Source: Carcharhinus longimanus
Taxonomy: Eukaryota
DNA length: 64,000 nt
Direction of reading: 5' to 3'
Assembly (NCBI GenBank): GCA_030264375.1
Contig: JASCQW010000162.1
Span: 45,106,001-45,170,000, forward strand
Positions within the stretch are counted from its first letter, which is position 1. Every line of letters starts with the position of its first letter. This document shows positions 13,541-26,482 of this stretch, piece after piece. The notes under the pieces were generated by a model. That model was not told the origin of the DNA, searched no databases, and saw only the letters and a list, made by a program, of their open reading frames with translations. The position numbers and the translations under genes were made by a program.

Positions 13541-14898
13541 AGTCCAGGATGTCCCAGATATGCCACCTGAACTTCAGCAAATTAACGCATAAAAGCCTGC
13601 TGACCTGCTCTCCTTTAACAGTTATCCACCCACTTCTGTTTCCAGTTATAAATTGCATGCTGCTGTCTGAATTTGGAGAGGCCGGGATTCTGAAAAATCT
13701 GTTCCCTGATCTGCCAAGTTTAAACAAGTGCATTCTGTAGTATTAAAATATATAAAGAAAGCAAATTAATTTAGCAGACCTGCCAAATTCAACAGCTTAA
13801 ATTGATAAGGGATACCTTTATACATTCCAACGTTAAAAAAAAGCGTAATTAAATTTAAGTCAGAATCTTAACTTGAGATAAGCTTTTGTGAGTCCATTTA
13901 ACTACACAAGATTTTAATTTAGTCGAGATTATCAGTTCGGACAATGGTTTTGCATCAGCCAAAACATCTCCCCCGCTCAGTCTGCAAACATGATCCCGAG
14001 CTTCCTGTCGCCTGTCAAAGGTGATAGCATTGCCATTTTTACACATGGTTCAAAGAAACAAAGTAGTACACCAAGCCAGAATGTTTGGATTCCACTCCTT
14101 TTATGGAGAGCTCATTGTAAATGGGCATGTTTTGTACAGGTTATACATATTGACTAAAAATGAGTGGAAGCTTCATTCAGACCAAAGAATTTGTAGAGGG
14201 AGAATCACCACGAATGAACAATTTACATTGGACTAAAATCAGAGAACGCTGGAAACACTTGGCAGGTCATACCCCAGAGGATGCACTGCCAGAGTGCTCG
14301 CAAGTCCCAATGCAAGAACTCTATGTGAATTGCCTGGAAATTTCAACTTCTGATGGGCAATTCTCCTGCTTCTCTGGGGACCTCCAAAAAAGTTTTCTAC
14401 CCTTGAGTTAGAGTTGAAGATTTCAGAGGGTTCTGACTTACTTACCTGGATAGTTATCCAGGAAATATTAGGAAAAAATTGAGTCTAACCTCTGGGAAAC
14501 TGGACAGCTGGCCCCAAAGCCCAAATGCCCTTCACGGCTCCCTCCCCTCCCCAACCCTCCAACTCACCATGACCTAACCTAACAACCATGCTGCCACCCT
14601 ACCCACCCTGCTACCTGACCCACTTAACTTCATTCACACTCATTCACTAACACATTGAAAGGTTATTTAAATGTCCAAATGTTTTTCAGCTAGTGCTATT
14701 AAAGAGGGGCATAGCTTGGCTTCCCCTGATTACTCTGCATCATGAGGAAGGGCTCCAAGAATAAGTACGCTTCACATTTCTGAAGAGGCCAAGTTTGGAA
14801 GTCCAAGCTAGAAATGCGCAGTTCCATTTTAGTGCAAAAATAAACAGGAGTGGGATAGCAAACCAACGGTGAATGCCACTCCTCAGAAAATTTGGCCC

Positions 14899-15346
14899 AA
14901 GGTTTCAGGTTTGTGATCTCTCATCAGAACTGGCAGTTGTTAAAAAATATAATAGGTCTTGAGCAAATGGAAGATGTTGAAGGGAGATGCAAGTGGGAAG
15001 AAGAACAGAAGGGAAAATCTGTAATAGATTGAAGGCAAGAGAGATTCAGTGACACAAGGTTTTATGGTGCAAGATCTAAAGGAATGGTAACACGTCAAGT
15101 AATGTCCTTTAGAGGAGGTGTGAATGGCAACAAATTGAATAACTGTTGGTTGAAAGGAAACTGACGAAAATCAGAGCGAATCAAGCAAAACAGAAACAGC
15201 AAAGAAAATTAAAAGACAGAAGGTATGCTGACATTATAATCTAATAATGTTGAAATGAACATTGAGTCCAGAAGACTGCGAAGTGCCCAAAGGATGAGAT
15301 ACTGTTCATTGAACTTGTGCTGAGCTTCACTGCAACAATACAGCAG
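14899..15346 (-). mobile_element. Old Penelope-like relic, left (3') part
   Basis: Decayed hammerhead core on the minus strand at 14899-14930. Sequence resumes at 19491 after the TSD. Confidence 0.6.
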
Positions 15347-18300
15347 TCATGATGTGGATGTGCCGGCGTTGGACTGGGGTAAACACGGTAAAAAGTCTGA
15401 CAACACCAGGTTTTAGTCCAACCGATTGGACTAAACCTGTTGGACTAAAACCTGGTGTTGTCAGACTTTTTACAGGATATACTTGCCAGCTCTCCTGCTG
15501 AGACCTGAACAGAGCCTGAAGCATAGAAGTTAAATGTGCCAGTTACCTTCACAGCCACTGGCAGGGATTGGGAGTTGATGGATTATGGCTCCCAGTTGTT
15601 GCTGCGTAGTGTGAAAAATGTCATTCATAACATCATGGCTCAACCTAAGTTTTCTTCAGCACAGGTTTCCTGTAGTGTCCTCAATCTGTGACCTCCCCCA
15701 GAGGGCAGCCTCTCTGCCATAGTGAAAATGTGGATCTATGTGTAACAATCTCAAAATAAGGATTCAGCCAACTAGGACTTGGATGAGGGGGAAATTTCTT
15801 CATTCAAATAATTTAGAATTCTTAACCCATATCACATTGGATGCTCATCATATTCAAGTTAGTCCTTGATAATTTTTTGGATATAATGGAATTAAGGGAT
15901 ATGAGGATAAGTATGAGAAGGTGTAGCTGAGATAGGAGACCAGCCATAACGTTTTTGAATGGCAAAGTAGACTCAAGTAGCAAATGGCCTACTCCCATGT
16001 TGTATGTTCTTATGTTCAAATAAAATCTAACACATACCAGTGGAGAAAGAAAGAGAGAGAAAGTGAGGCAAGAGGAAGAAAGTGTGGGAGCTGGCTGTAT
16101 CTGGGAATTGTTTTTGCTGATGTTCCAATGCCAAAAGAGAACTCTATAAGTGGCCTCCTAAATTTAGAAGCTTAGCACTAATTATAAAAAGTTGACCTGT
16201 CCTAGATAAACAAAAAGAGATGCAACCAAGTTTATATCATTATTTATCAATTGGAATTGATGAGGTAGTCTTGCACCTGGGTGCAGCCCAATAAAAGCAT
16301 TACTCTTTCTCAGAAGTGAAAAATATAAATATAAACGGATCATAATTTTATTTTAATGCAATCCAACACAGGATGGAATATGTTGTTCCAACCCTCGCAG
16401 TTTTATACATAAACATTAACATAATGTACTGCCAAGTTGTAAACAAGGGCATTCTTAGCAGTGGGGAAAATTAAATACACATTAATAAAGTAGGAGGTAT
16501 TTGCTCTGCCTTTATTGGTACAAGATTGTAGCTCTCAGTATTGATATTCTCAAACATGTGTGCGATAAACATTGCACCAAAAGTCTGTTTAAAAGCAGCA
16601 GTTTATTAAATTGAGTTTTGAGCTACTTGAATTTTATAAGTAGAGGAAAGGGGACAACTGACAATAATTATAAACATAATCTGAGTTTCAAGTGACAGCA
16701 GAGATGAGCGCCCGATGAGCCTATTGCTCTGAGGGTATTGGGCACATTAGATCATCTGAAGGCTGTAGTTTACCTATTGGCTTTCCATTGCACACTACTC
16801 TCCCTTAAGATGCGGTTCAATCAATGTTAGTGATAGCAAGATTTCATGTATGTACTTTTTGTTGTTGTTTTAACTGAAGTGCTGGCTGATTTTAAATAAA
16901 TAGACTTGCCTGTCTGTTAGAATGAAGGAATTTAATATGAATGAATTGATCATCAATCATTTAGTTACTAATAGTCAGAAGAGTAGATTTTCTAAATGAA
17001 TGCCCCTGGTGCAGAGCTTTGTGTGGGTAGAATGTATATCAGGAAATGGGGTGTGGAGATCAGTGCACCTTGCATGATTTACCATCCATTATAATCAATA
17101 AACGGAAAATTGTGAGTGCACTGATATCCGTGCCCAGATTCCTAATAGCTTACTCCTACGATATTCTGCACCCTCTCCTTTCCTTCTCTCCCATGTACTC
17201 TATGAATGGTATGTTTTGTATGTATAGCACGCAGGAAACTTCTCACTGTATCCCAATACATGTAACAATAATGAATCAAATCAAATCAAATCAAATACTC
17301 TGCACTAGGAATACTGATTTGTAAAAGTTATCTCAAAGAATTTAGTTTAAGGAGCTAATTCTTACCTTGTTGCCAGCAATTTCAGATTTGATTTTATGAC
17401 ACACACTTGTTACTGTTACTTCTGCCTGGTACTTTGTTTTCTAATAAATAAATAACTCCAAGGCAGCTATTTCTAAAAAAGGAACAACATTCATATAAAA
17501 ATTTGTCCTTCAGGTGCTTTTTCAAGTTGCTCTGGATGTGTAGAAGAACATGATAACTAAATGGTAAATACCGCACATTAGCACGAACAGGCAGTTATTT
17601 CTAAACTGTGTCAGTAGTTTTAGTCTGTGGTATGTTGAAGCCGTGGAAGACTTATTCACGCTACCAAATTATGGAATGAGAGAGTATGTCTAGAAATTTT
17701 GAAAACACAACTACTGCTACTTTTTGATGCCGGCATACTGGATTCTGTCCAGATTCCCAGGGTTTTGATAGTTTCCAGTTGGACCAAAATGTTTATTAAA
17801 CCAACTTTGTTAAAATAGCCAAATTTGAGATTCAAGACCCTTGCTAAGAGAACAACGCTGCATGATTCCATAGGTGCTGAATAAACAAAAATAAACTTTA
17901 CTATACAAAGTCAGGAAGATAAAATGATTTACAACGCCTATCTTATATCTCATTTTTAGGGTTAACGTGAGGAATGTGTGAATTAACAGGCAAATTGTGG
18001 TCAACCATAACACACTTCACAATCTGTCAGATTTCTCAACAATCTGCCCAAACTTCAGTGTCCACAGTCTGTGAATCAATCTTGTTGAAACTTTTGCAAG
18101 AAATTCCAGTCTTCACCTCAAAGATCTTGCCTTTGAATTCTCTTCAGATGTTGCTCCAACTTGCATTGCCTCAATGATTACTCACCTCTCAGGGTTTCAA
18201 TGTTGTTTCTGAAGGTTATGTTCCCCTGGATTCGAATGCTGCGCTAAAGCCTTTACTTACTGCTGTAATTTCAGCTCTTTAACAAACTGCTGGCTTCATT

Positions 18301-19490
18301 GAGTTGGCACTGGCCCTGGATTTCTCTGAACTCCAGAACCCAGCTGGACCTAGCTCTATGTAGCTGCCAGGGCTTCTTCTGAGCCTTAGCTACTTTCAGC
18401 ACAGAGCCAGTGATATCTTCGGCCCTTCAAGACTTCTCAGGACTGAACTGCCTCAAGTCTTTAACAGTAGTACCTTTCTTGCCTGGGGACCTCTTCCTCT
18501 GCTCCTCTCTCTTCTTTTCACAGGGAGATCTCCTTTTTCCCTTTGGGACATCTCCCTGCCCCTCTCTCTGTTCCCTGCCTGGTGTTGTTTTCATTTATGG
18601 TGCTCTGCTTCCAATCGCATGATTCTGTTTTCATGCCATTTTCTTTTAGCACAGATACCCTGGACCTACTCTCAATCTGAGGAATTACAAAACATTGCAT
18701 TGTACATGCCCTTTCCTGTCCCATCCTCTGCATATGCAAAATCCCGTGGTGTGCTTAGAGTTGTAGATCCCACAGTTTCTGTTTGCAGTTTCCACTTTGA
18801 ATAAGGTGGCTTTGGATCTCATATCAACTTTTCCCTTGGGAGAGCGAAAGCTTTACGACAGTGAAAATTTTTTTACCCTCGATTTACAATTCCTTTAGAA
18901 GAAATATTTAACATCATAAGCTTATAATAAATAGCTATTACATCATGCACAGATAATCTTTGGATTTGCAAACTTATAAATAGCATAGAGTCATAGAGGT
19001 TTATAGCATGGAAATGGGCTCTTCGGCCCAACTTGTCCATACTGCCTTTTTTTTAAACCCCTAAGCTAGTACCAATTGGTCGAAAATGCGGGCAATTGCT
19101 TCATTATAATGTTCTTTTAAAGCACCTGATGATCCTACAAAACATATCTTGAGACATAGGACTAACAAGAATGCATGGAAACAGTGCAACCTGCAAGTTC
19201 CCCTCCACCACCCTAACTTCAGACTCTATCGCCTGCCTTTCCTGCACTGTAGCTGGGTCAAAATCCTGGAACTCCCNNNNNNNNNNNNNNNNNNNNNNNN
19301 NNNNNNNNNNNNNNNNNNNNNNNNNNNNNNNNNNNNNNNNNNNNNNNNNNNNNNNNNNNNNNNNNNNNNNNNNNNNTGTCTGAGGCCAGAACTCTCCATT
19401 CACCTGACGAAGAGGGAAACCTCGAAAGCTTGTGCGTTTACTATCAAATAAATTGGTTGGACTAAAACCTGGCGTTGTCAGACTTTTTAC
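15347..19490. mobile_element. 4.1-kb insertion bounded by young Penelope-like termini, with non-element cargo
   Basis: Perfect 35-bp inverted repeat at 15388-15422 and 15439-15473 at the left end. Same-subfamily terminus at 19376-19490 at the right end. TSD (AC)AATACAGCAG at 15335-15346 and 19489-19500. Confidence 0.7.
19401..19434 (+). ncRNA. Minimal type I hammerhead ribozyme (Penelope-associated)
   Basis: CAC-CTGACGA-A-GAGG-GAAA-CCTC-GAAA-GCTT-GTG: intact CUGANGA/GAAA core, tetraloop-capped stem II, palindromic AGCT stem III, CAC/GTG stem I. Confidence 0.75.
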
Positions 19491-19785
19491 AATACAGCAG
19501 GCCAAGGAAAGAAAGGTTAAAGTAAGAGCAAGGTGGAGAATTAAAATGGCAGGCAACAGGAAGCTCAGTGTCATGTTGGTTGACTGAACAGAGGTGATCT
19601 GTGGAGCAGTCATCCAGACTATGTTGGTGTCCCCAAAGTAAAGGATGATCAATGAATACTGTAGACTAAATTGAAAGAAGCACAAAGTAAATCACTCTTT
19701 CACCTGAAAGGATTGTATGGGGCTTTGGAAAGTGAGAAGGGAGGAGATAAAGTGGTAGATGTTGCATCTCCTGCAGTTGTGTAGA
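19491..19785 (-). mobile_element. Old Penelope-like relic, GIY-YIG endonuclease part
   Basis: Minus-strand peptides NCRRCNIYHFISSLLTFQSPIQSFQVKE and LYFGDTN (degenerate LYIGET) resemble the Cys-rich linker and GIY-YIG motif of Penelope ORFs. Confidence 0.65.
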
Positions 19786-21249
19786 AATATATTTAAGAAG
19801 ACATGATCTATATCCCTGCTGTTTTTAAAAATCCATTCTAACTCCTTGTCCATAAGATTTATTAACAATGCAATAAATATTTTACTCACAGAGGGGACAT
19901 ACAAGTAAATAACTAATTGTCCCGTAATGGATAGTTTAAAAATCCTGGGACTCATTATTGACCAGAAACAGGACTTGAGATTTTGTATTGGGGCCTCAAT
20001 GTCAGCATTAAATGGGGGTCTCAACCTGACACAGGGTGGAGATAAGTAACCCAGCAGTGGTTTTTCCAGAATTGGCCATCAAAGGATGGTGGGTGGATTT
20101 TCAAAGCTGGAGGACCAATTGGACACAATAATGGGAGACTGTGGGGTAGCAGTAATGTCACTGGGCGAGTAATACAGAAGGCCAAGATGGGAACATGTGT
20201 CCACCATGGCTTCTGTTTGAATTTAAATTTAATAAATATATCTAGAATTGAAAGCTAGTCTGGGAAATAACGACCATTAAGGTATCATTGATATTTCACT
20301 GATGTCCTCTGGGGAAGAAATCTGCCAGCTGTACCCAGCGAGATCGACATGTGACTCCAAATCCATAGGTCAACTGTAAACTGTCCTCTGAAATGGCCCA
20401 GCAAGCCATTTATTTCAAATGCAAATAGATTTGGGCAATAAATGCTGGCCTTGAAAGAACAAAGTAAATAAAGTAGTAGTAGGCTGCCTCTTCAGTTAAG
20501 ATGGAGAGAGGGGGGCTCAGAATGGAAAAAAGAATGCCTCAAAATGGAGGTTACCTCTCCCTAATTTTTTAAACTTTTACATAAAAAAATAGCCACAGCA
20601 GCTGGGCCACCATTATAGGGGAAGGCTTAGGGCTGCAGCTGGACAAATGGGATGTCAAAGCCTACCTGAAAAGTAGTCCCTCTCCTCACTGCCAGTCTAG
20701 CACCAGGAGGATGTCAATAGGCAATTGACCTAGTATCCAATGCCTTAGATGGCTGGGGTGGATGTCGGAACCAGCCTGTCAATAGCCTTTATTGGATTTT
20801 CGTTCCCATTAATTATCTGCTTACCACTTGCCTATAGGTAGCCCTATCATTTTCCACCCCAGCTAACCTCCAGGAAAATAGTTCAGAGATGGGATGATGC
20901 TGGCAAGCTGAAACACCAACCAGCAGTGCAAATCTTCGCGCCCAATCAGGGGCTAAAAATACTACCTAGGTTCCCTTTGGGGCAAGTCTCAATATGAAAA
21001 TATGAAAAAATCTAGCCCTTCAGTTTCAAGTTAGTGAATCTGGAATAAGTATTCCTGGACTCTATCTGATTATTGATGCAGGGTGAACATAAGTGTAAAT
21101 GATGCTTGCTTACTTTAAGAAAAGAATTATCGGTTTGTTTAGGTTGGCAGGCATTTCTTTGAATCATGATGAATTTTAACTAGTTTATAACTGGAATCAC
21201 TGCAGTCTTCAAAATTCTAAATAATTATGGAATGATTACTCACATTTAG

Positions 21250-21724
21250 CCATGGTGCTATGCCAGCTTTTTAGCAAGACGATCCAATTAATCCCACATC
21301 CATGCTCTTTCTCTGTATTCCACAGCTTTTTCTTTTCTACTGAGTATTTATCAATCTGTTTTGAATGTTACTATTAAAGCTCTCTACACCACCGTTCGAG
21401 CAATGCATTCCAGATTACAGCGACTCACTGTATAAAAATTATTTCCTCATGGCGCCTCTGGTTCCTTTGCCAATCTCTTTAAATCTTTGTCCTCCGCTTC
21501 TGAGTTTTCTGTCATGCAGAAACAGCTTCACCTTATTTATTGTCTCAAAACCATTCATGATTTTAAATGCTTCCGTTAAATTTCCCCCTTAGGCTTCCCT
21601 GCTCCAGAGAAAACAACCCCAGCTTCTCCAATCTCTCCGCATAACTGATATCTCTCATGCCTGGTACCATCATAGTAAGTCTCTTCTATACCCTTTACAA
21701 GGCTTTGACATCCTTCCTGCCCAA
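21250..21724 (-). mobile_element. CR1 3' fragment
   Basis: Reverse complement resembles the CR1 ORF2 end and 3' region seen at 9190-9530. Confidence 0.6.
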
Positions 21725-22240
21725 NNNNNNNNNNNNNNNNNNNNNNNNNNCTTTCACTGCAGAACGTAGCTGTGATGATTTTCAAATTGTTGCTCAATAT
21801 AGTTTAATTTTAAATGTACAAATGTTACAAAATTCCTGTATACTGTACCAGATCACGGGCCTTGGCGGGGGGGGGGGGTAAATTTAAACTGTAGATATAA
21901 ATACTGGACAAAAATAACTATCTTTCTGGACATTGAAGGGAGTGCAGCCAAATGGATACCTAGCTTGAAAACATCTAAGCTGTGAGGCGACACAAAAAAT
22001 TCTGAGATTGTTGAACATGAAGCCGAGAAGACTTGGGAAGATGTTCAATTGTTCAGGATTCTGTATGGGGTTAAACAATTGTCAACACTCATGGAGGCAC
22101 AAAACTTGTCAGCAGCCAGTAGTCCATCTATTATACACCGGCCTGCTTTTCCTTTCTCATAAAGTCAAAGGAAACCAGGCAGGATTATAATCGTGGTAAA
22201 GGCTGCTGCTTTGAAAGGTGCTGTTGAAGGACTCTTGCTG

Positions 22241-22519
22241 AGTTTTTTTTTATTAGTGTCACAAGTAGGCTTACATTAAAACTGCAATGAAGCTACTGTG
22301 AAAATCCCCTCATCATCACATTCTTGCACCTGTTCAGGTACACTGAAGGAGAATTTAACATGGCCAATGCACTTAACCAGCACGTCTTTCGGACTTTGGG
22401 AGGAAACCGGAGCACCCAGACGAAACCCATGGACACACAGGGAGAACATGTAGACTCTGCACAGACAGCGACCCAAGCCAGAAATTGAACCCGTGTCCCT
22501 TTGTGCCACCGTGCCGCCC
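22241..22519 (-). mobile_element. HE1/V-SINE-type SINE, tail type B, deletion in head
   Basis: Same family as 9941-10211. Confidence 0.85.
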
Positions 22520-22524
22520 TTGTT

Positions 22525-23350
22525 GCTGCAACAGTTAGATTCTCTTGTTGGAGGTGGTATTTGCATGGCACTTGTTTGGTGTGATAATTACTAGTCATTT
22601 ATCAACTGAAGCCTGAATGTTGTCCAGATCTTGTTGCATACAGAAACTGACTACTCCAGTATCTGACAAGTCATGAACAATACTGAACATTGTGCAATCA
22701 TCCACGAACATCCCCAATTCTGATCTTAGGATAGAGAGAAGGCTATCGATGAAGCAGCTGAAGATGTTTGGGCCTAGGACACTACCTTGATGGAGTCCTA
22801 GGTCTGTGATGACACCCCCAACAACAACAACTATCTTCCTTTGTGCTAGATATGATTCCAACAGTGAAGAGTTTTCTACACAATTGTCATTGACAAATTT
22901 TGCTCGAGCTCTTTGATGCCATACTCGACCAAATGCTGCCTTGATGTCCAGGGCAGTCACTCTCACCTCACCTTGACACTGGCAAAACCCAAAGTGAGCA
23001 TCAGCGAACAGGTTATTGTAGTAAGTGTCATTTGAAATTGCTGTCAAGGACATCTACCATCATGTTACTGATGATCAAGGGTAAACTGATAGGGCAGTAA
23101 TTAGCCTGGGAATAGACCTGATTTTCGTGGACAAGAAATAGTGGGAAAATTTCCACATTGCTGGGTAGATGCTAGTGTTGTGGCTGTACTGGAACAGTTG
23201 ACTCATGGGACAGCTAATAATCTTGAACACAGTCTTCAGTATATGGCTTGAATGTTGTCAGGGCCTATAACCTTTGCAGTACACAGTGCCTTCAGTCATT
23301 TCTTGATATCACATGGAGTGAATCAAATTGGCTGAAAACCAGCATCTGTG
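22525..23350 (-). mobile_element. Degenerate LINE (CR1-group) RT fragment
   Basis: ALDIKAAFGRVWH, QGSVLGPNIFSCFIDSL and MFVDDCT motifs. Confidence 0.85.
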
Positions 23351-24329
23351 ACCTCAAGAGGATTCCCAGAATTCTCCTGCACATCACTTCTCAGAATAAC
23401 TCACTTCACAGTTCCATTCATTCCTCTCTCTCCAGGTACCTCTCATTCCCATCAACAGCCAATATTTCATTCACTCTCCTCCTATCCCTCTCTCATTTCC
23501 AAGTCTCACAGTCACCCTCAGCAAATATTTTTCTTCCCTGCTATCTACACAAGCCATTTCTAACACTCAATTCTCCTATTTCTCTCCTTACAGAGGAAGA
23601 GAGCACAGAACTAAGGAGATCTTGTTCCAGGAGGCTGCAGAAGTCAGCAACAACCTACAGTGAAAACCTGAGCCTCCTATGGCACTGATGCTCATGTATG
23701 TCAGGACTGCTGATCCCCCTGTGCTGAGGGTCTCGCCTCCTGTGAACTAAATCTGTGTCCACTCCCTTCTTCCTGTGGCAGGTGAGAAGGAGGTTGACAT
23801 GACCGTTGCGGTGTTCTTCTTGTTCCTCCTCAGAGGTGCAAGGTAGAATTGCGGATCTTGTTTCTATTCCATGACAAGGGCTGGCAACAGACAAGTGCAG
23901 CTGAAGGCGAGTGAAATACAATTTGGGTAAACTGACTTCTGAGAAGCAGGTAATCACGTATCGAGCACTGAAGACACTCACTGAGTAGGACTGCTATGAG
24001 CAGCAACCACACATCTGGCCATGGATGGAACTTTTCAGCTTGTTTAATAAAAGGCTCCCCAGCCTGTCAATTTCACTCAAGTAGTGGTCCCCATATACAT
24101 TCACTTCATTAACCCTGCCAAATTGTTGACAATCCTAGAAACAGGTCTACTGGCTGTTAAAGCCAAAATCCACGATTAAAAAAGTACTATTTGTCTATAA
24201 CATGTTACCCAAAAGCTGCAAGGAGATTCCAGGCTCACTTGCGAAACTTTCCAGGTGAAACCAAGTTAAGGATCCCAAGTTAAGGTCACTTTTAGGAGAC
24301 TTAACTATTTGCATGCACCCAAACTTGTC

Positions 24330-24508
24330 TCCCCATGTCTGTTACAATTCCCACTAGTCCGAAAGACATGCTGGTTAGGTGCATTGGCCATATTAAATTC
24401 TCCCTCAGTGTACCCGAACAGATGCCGGAGTGTGGCGACTAGGGGATTTTCAAAGTAACTTCATTGCAGTATTAATGTCAGCCTACTTGTGACAATAATA
24501 AATAAACT
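24330..24508 (+). mobile_element. SINE 3' half, tail type B
   Basis: AAATTCTCCCTCAGTGTACCCGAACAG...GCCTACTTGTGACAATAATAAATAAAC. Confidence 0.8.
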
Positions 24509-25206
24509 GATACTCAATGACCACCATATCTACAGATCCTGCCACCTGTGGACCTGCAGAATGGGATCATGCTGTGTAAACTGAAGTTACAAATCTCACC
24601 ATTTCTTTTGATGAAATTGGTATGAAAATCTCGATTTTACTGTGCGATGCAAGATTTCACATCTCGCAAGGAGAAACAGAAGTGCCAGCAACACATCCTC
24701 CAGCTATTAAAGCTCAGCATTATCGTAACAGCAACTCGCATTTACATTGAATTTGTAATGTAAAAATGGCTCTAAAACACTTCACACAGGTGTCACCAGC
24801 TGGTGTGACAAAGGGGGTCAGAGCCAATTTTAGGAGTCATCTTGGAGGAAGCAAGTGGAGAGATGATGAGGATTAGCTGGGGAGAAGGTGAAGGCTTGCT
24901 CATCAATGCTGGGTGCAATCAGGTCACAAAACTCAAAAACCAGCAGGATTAACACGAGGGATGGAACTGCAGGTCACCAGAGGGGACAAAGCCATGAACA
25001 GATTTAAACATGAGGATCTTACAGGATCGCTACCCCAAAGTATGGTGAATACTGGGACAGTGAGTAAATCTGAGGAGGAGTTAGACAGATTTGTAATTGG
25101 TAATGGNNNNNNNNNNNNNNNNNNNNNNNNNNNNNNNNNNNNNNNNNNNNNNNNNNNNNNNNNNNNNNNNNNNNNNNNNNNNNNNNNNNNNNNNNNNNNN
25201 NNNNNN

Positions 25207-25332
25207 GGCCATGATAAATTGACCCTAGTGTCTAGGGGATTAGCAGGTTAAATATGTGAGGTTACAGGAGTAGGGCCTAGGTGGGATTATGGTCAGTGCA
25301 GATTCGATGGGCCAAATGGCCTCCTTGTGTAT
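25207..25332 (+). mobile_element. SINE 3' part, CR1-type tail A
   Basis: GATGGGCCAAATGGCCTCC...GATTCTATGATTCT tail, following an N gap. Confidence 0.75.
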
Positions 25333-26482
25333 TGTGGGGATTCTATGATTCTGTGAACATGTAATATCTTCTGATAACATAATAGTAAAAGGGTCCTTCA
25401 AATCACTGTTAAATTCTTGATTTATGATATTTAAGATCCTATTCTCTGATTTGAAAGGCTATTGATAGTGATGTAGCAATCCTGCATAAAAGTGTAACTG
25501 TATGTGTACATTTTTGTGAAATCAATAAAAAGGTAAAGCAATACTGTTTGTTTTTTTTTCTTTTAAAATGCAGCTACAGAAGTTTTTATTAATGTCCTGT
25601 ACTTTCTATCTATTTTGTTGAGATGATAGTTACTGATTTCAAGATTTGGCAAATTGCCAATGCATAGTCATTTGGCAGCAATACTCAAATGTATACATGT
25701 TGCATTGGTACTCAGTTAAAATGTGATTATATTCACAGATATTAATGCAACTGTCCAGTTCAGTTCCTCTAGGGGAGTAATAGTATTGTCACTAGACTAG
25801 GAATCCAGATACTGGGTTTTGAATTCCACCAAATGTGAATTCCACCAAAGAAAATCAAGAATTGAAACTTCAGTGTTGACATGAAACCACAACAATGGAT
25901 CTTAAATGTCTCCTGAAATGGCTTAGCCAGCCATTCAGTTCAAGGGCAATCAGAGACGGGGAATAAATGCTGACCCAGCCAGCGATGCCCACACCCCATG
26001 AATAAAAAAAGTTCTCAATGTTGTATCAACACTTACAGAACAAAAATATTATAAATGTCAACAAAAATTGAGACATCAAAAAGGTAGATTCAACAATTAG
26101 ATTTTTGCATGATTACCACTGTATTTGCTTCAAAACATTTTTGAACTAAAACAAATTCTAAGCAGTTTAGATATCTCGTTTTCACAGCCATGGTTATTGC
26201 ATCAAGTATTTACAATAGCATGCATGTATTATTTTGTTCCTGGTCTTGGGAAATTTACCCTCCTAAAAAGAGCCAGCATTCAATCTGATCAAATACAAAT
26301 TTAACACACTTAATTGATGAGTATGCAAGTTACATTAATCCTGGAATTACTTTACTGGATTTATTCTATTGATTATCAAATTTCAGAAGTTTTGACCAGT
26401 GGCCTTGTGATTTTTTTTTTACAAAGTTACTGCAAAGTTATGGATTGCTACAGAATGCATCAGCAAACTTTAGAAGGCTATC

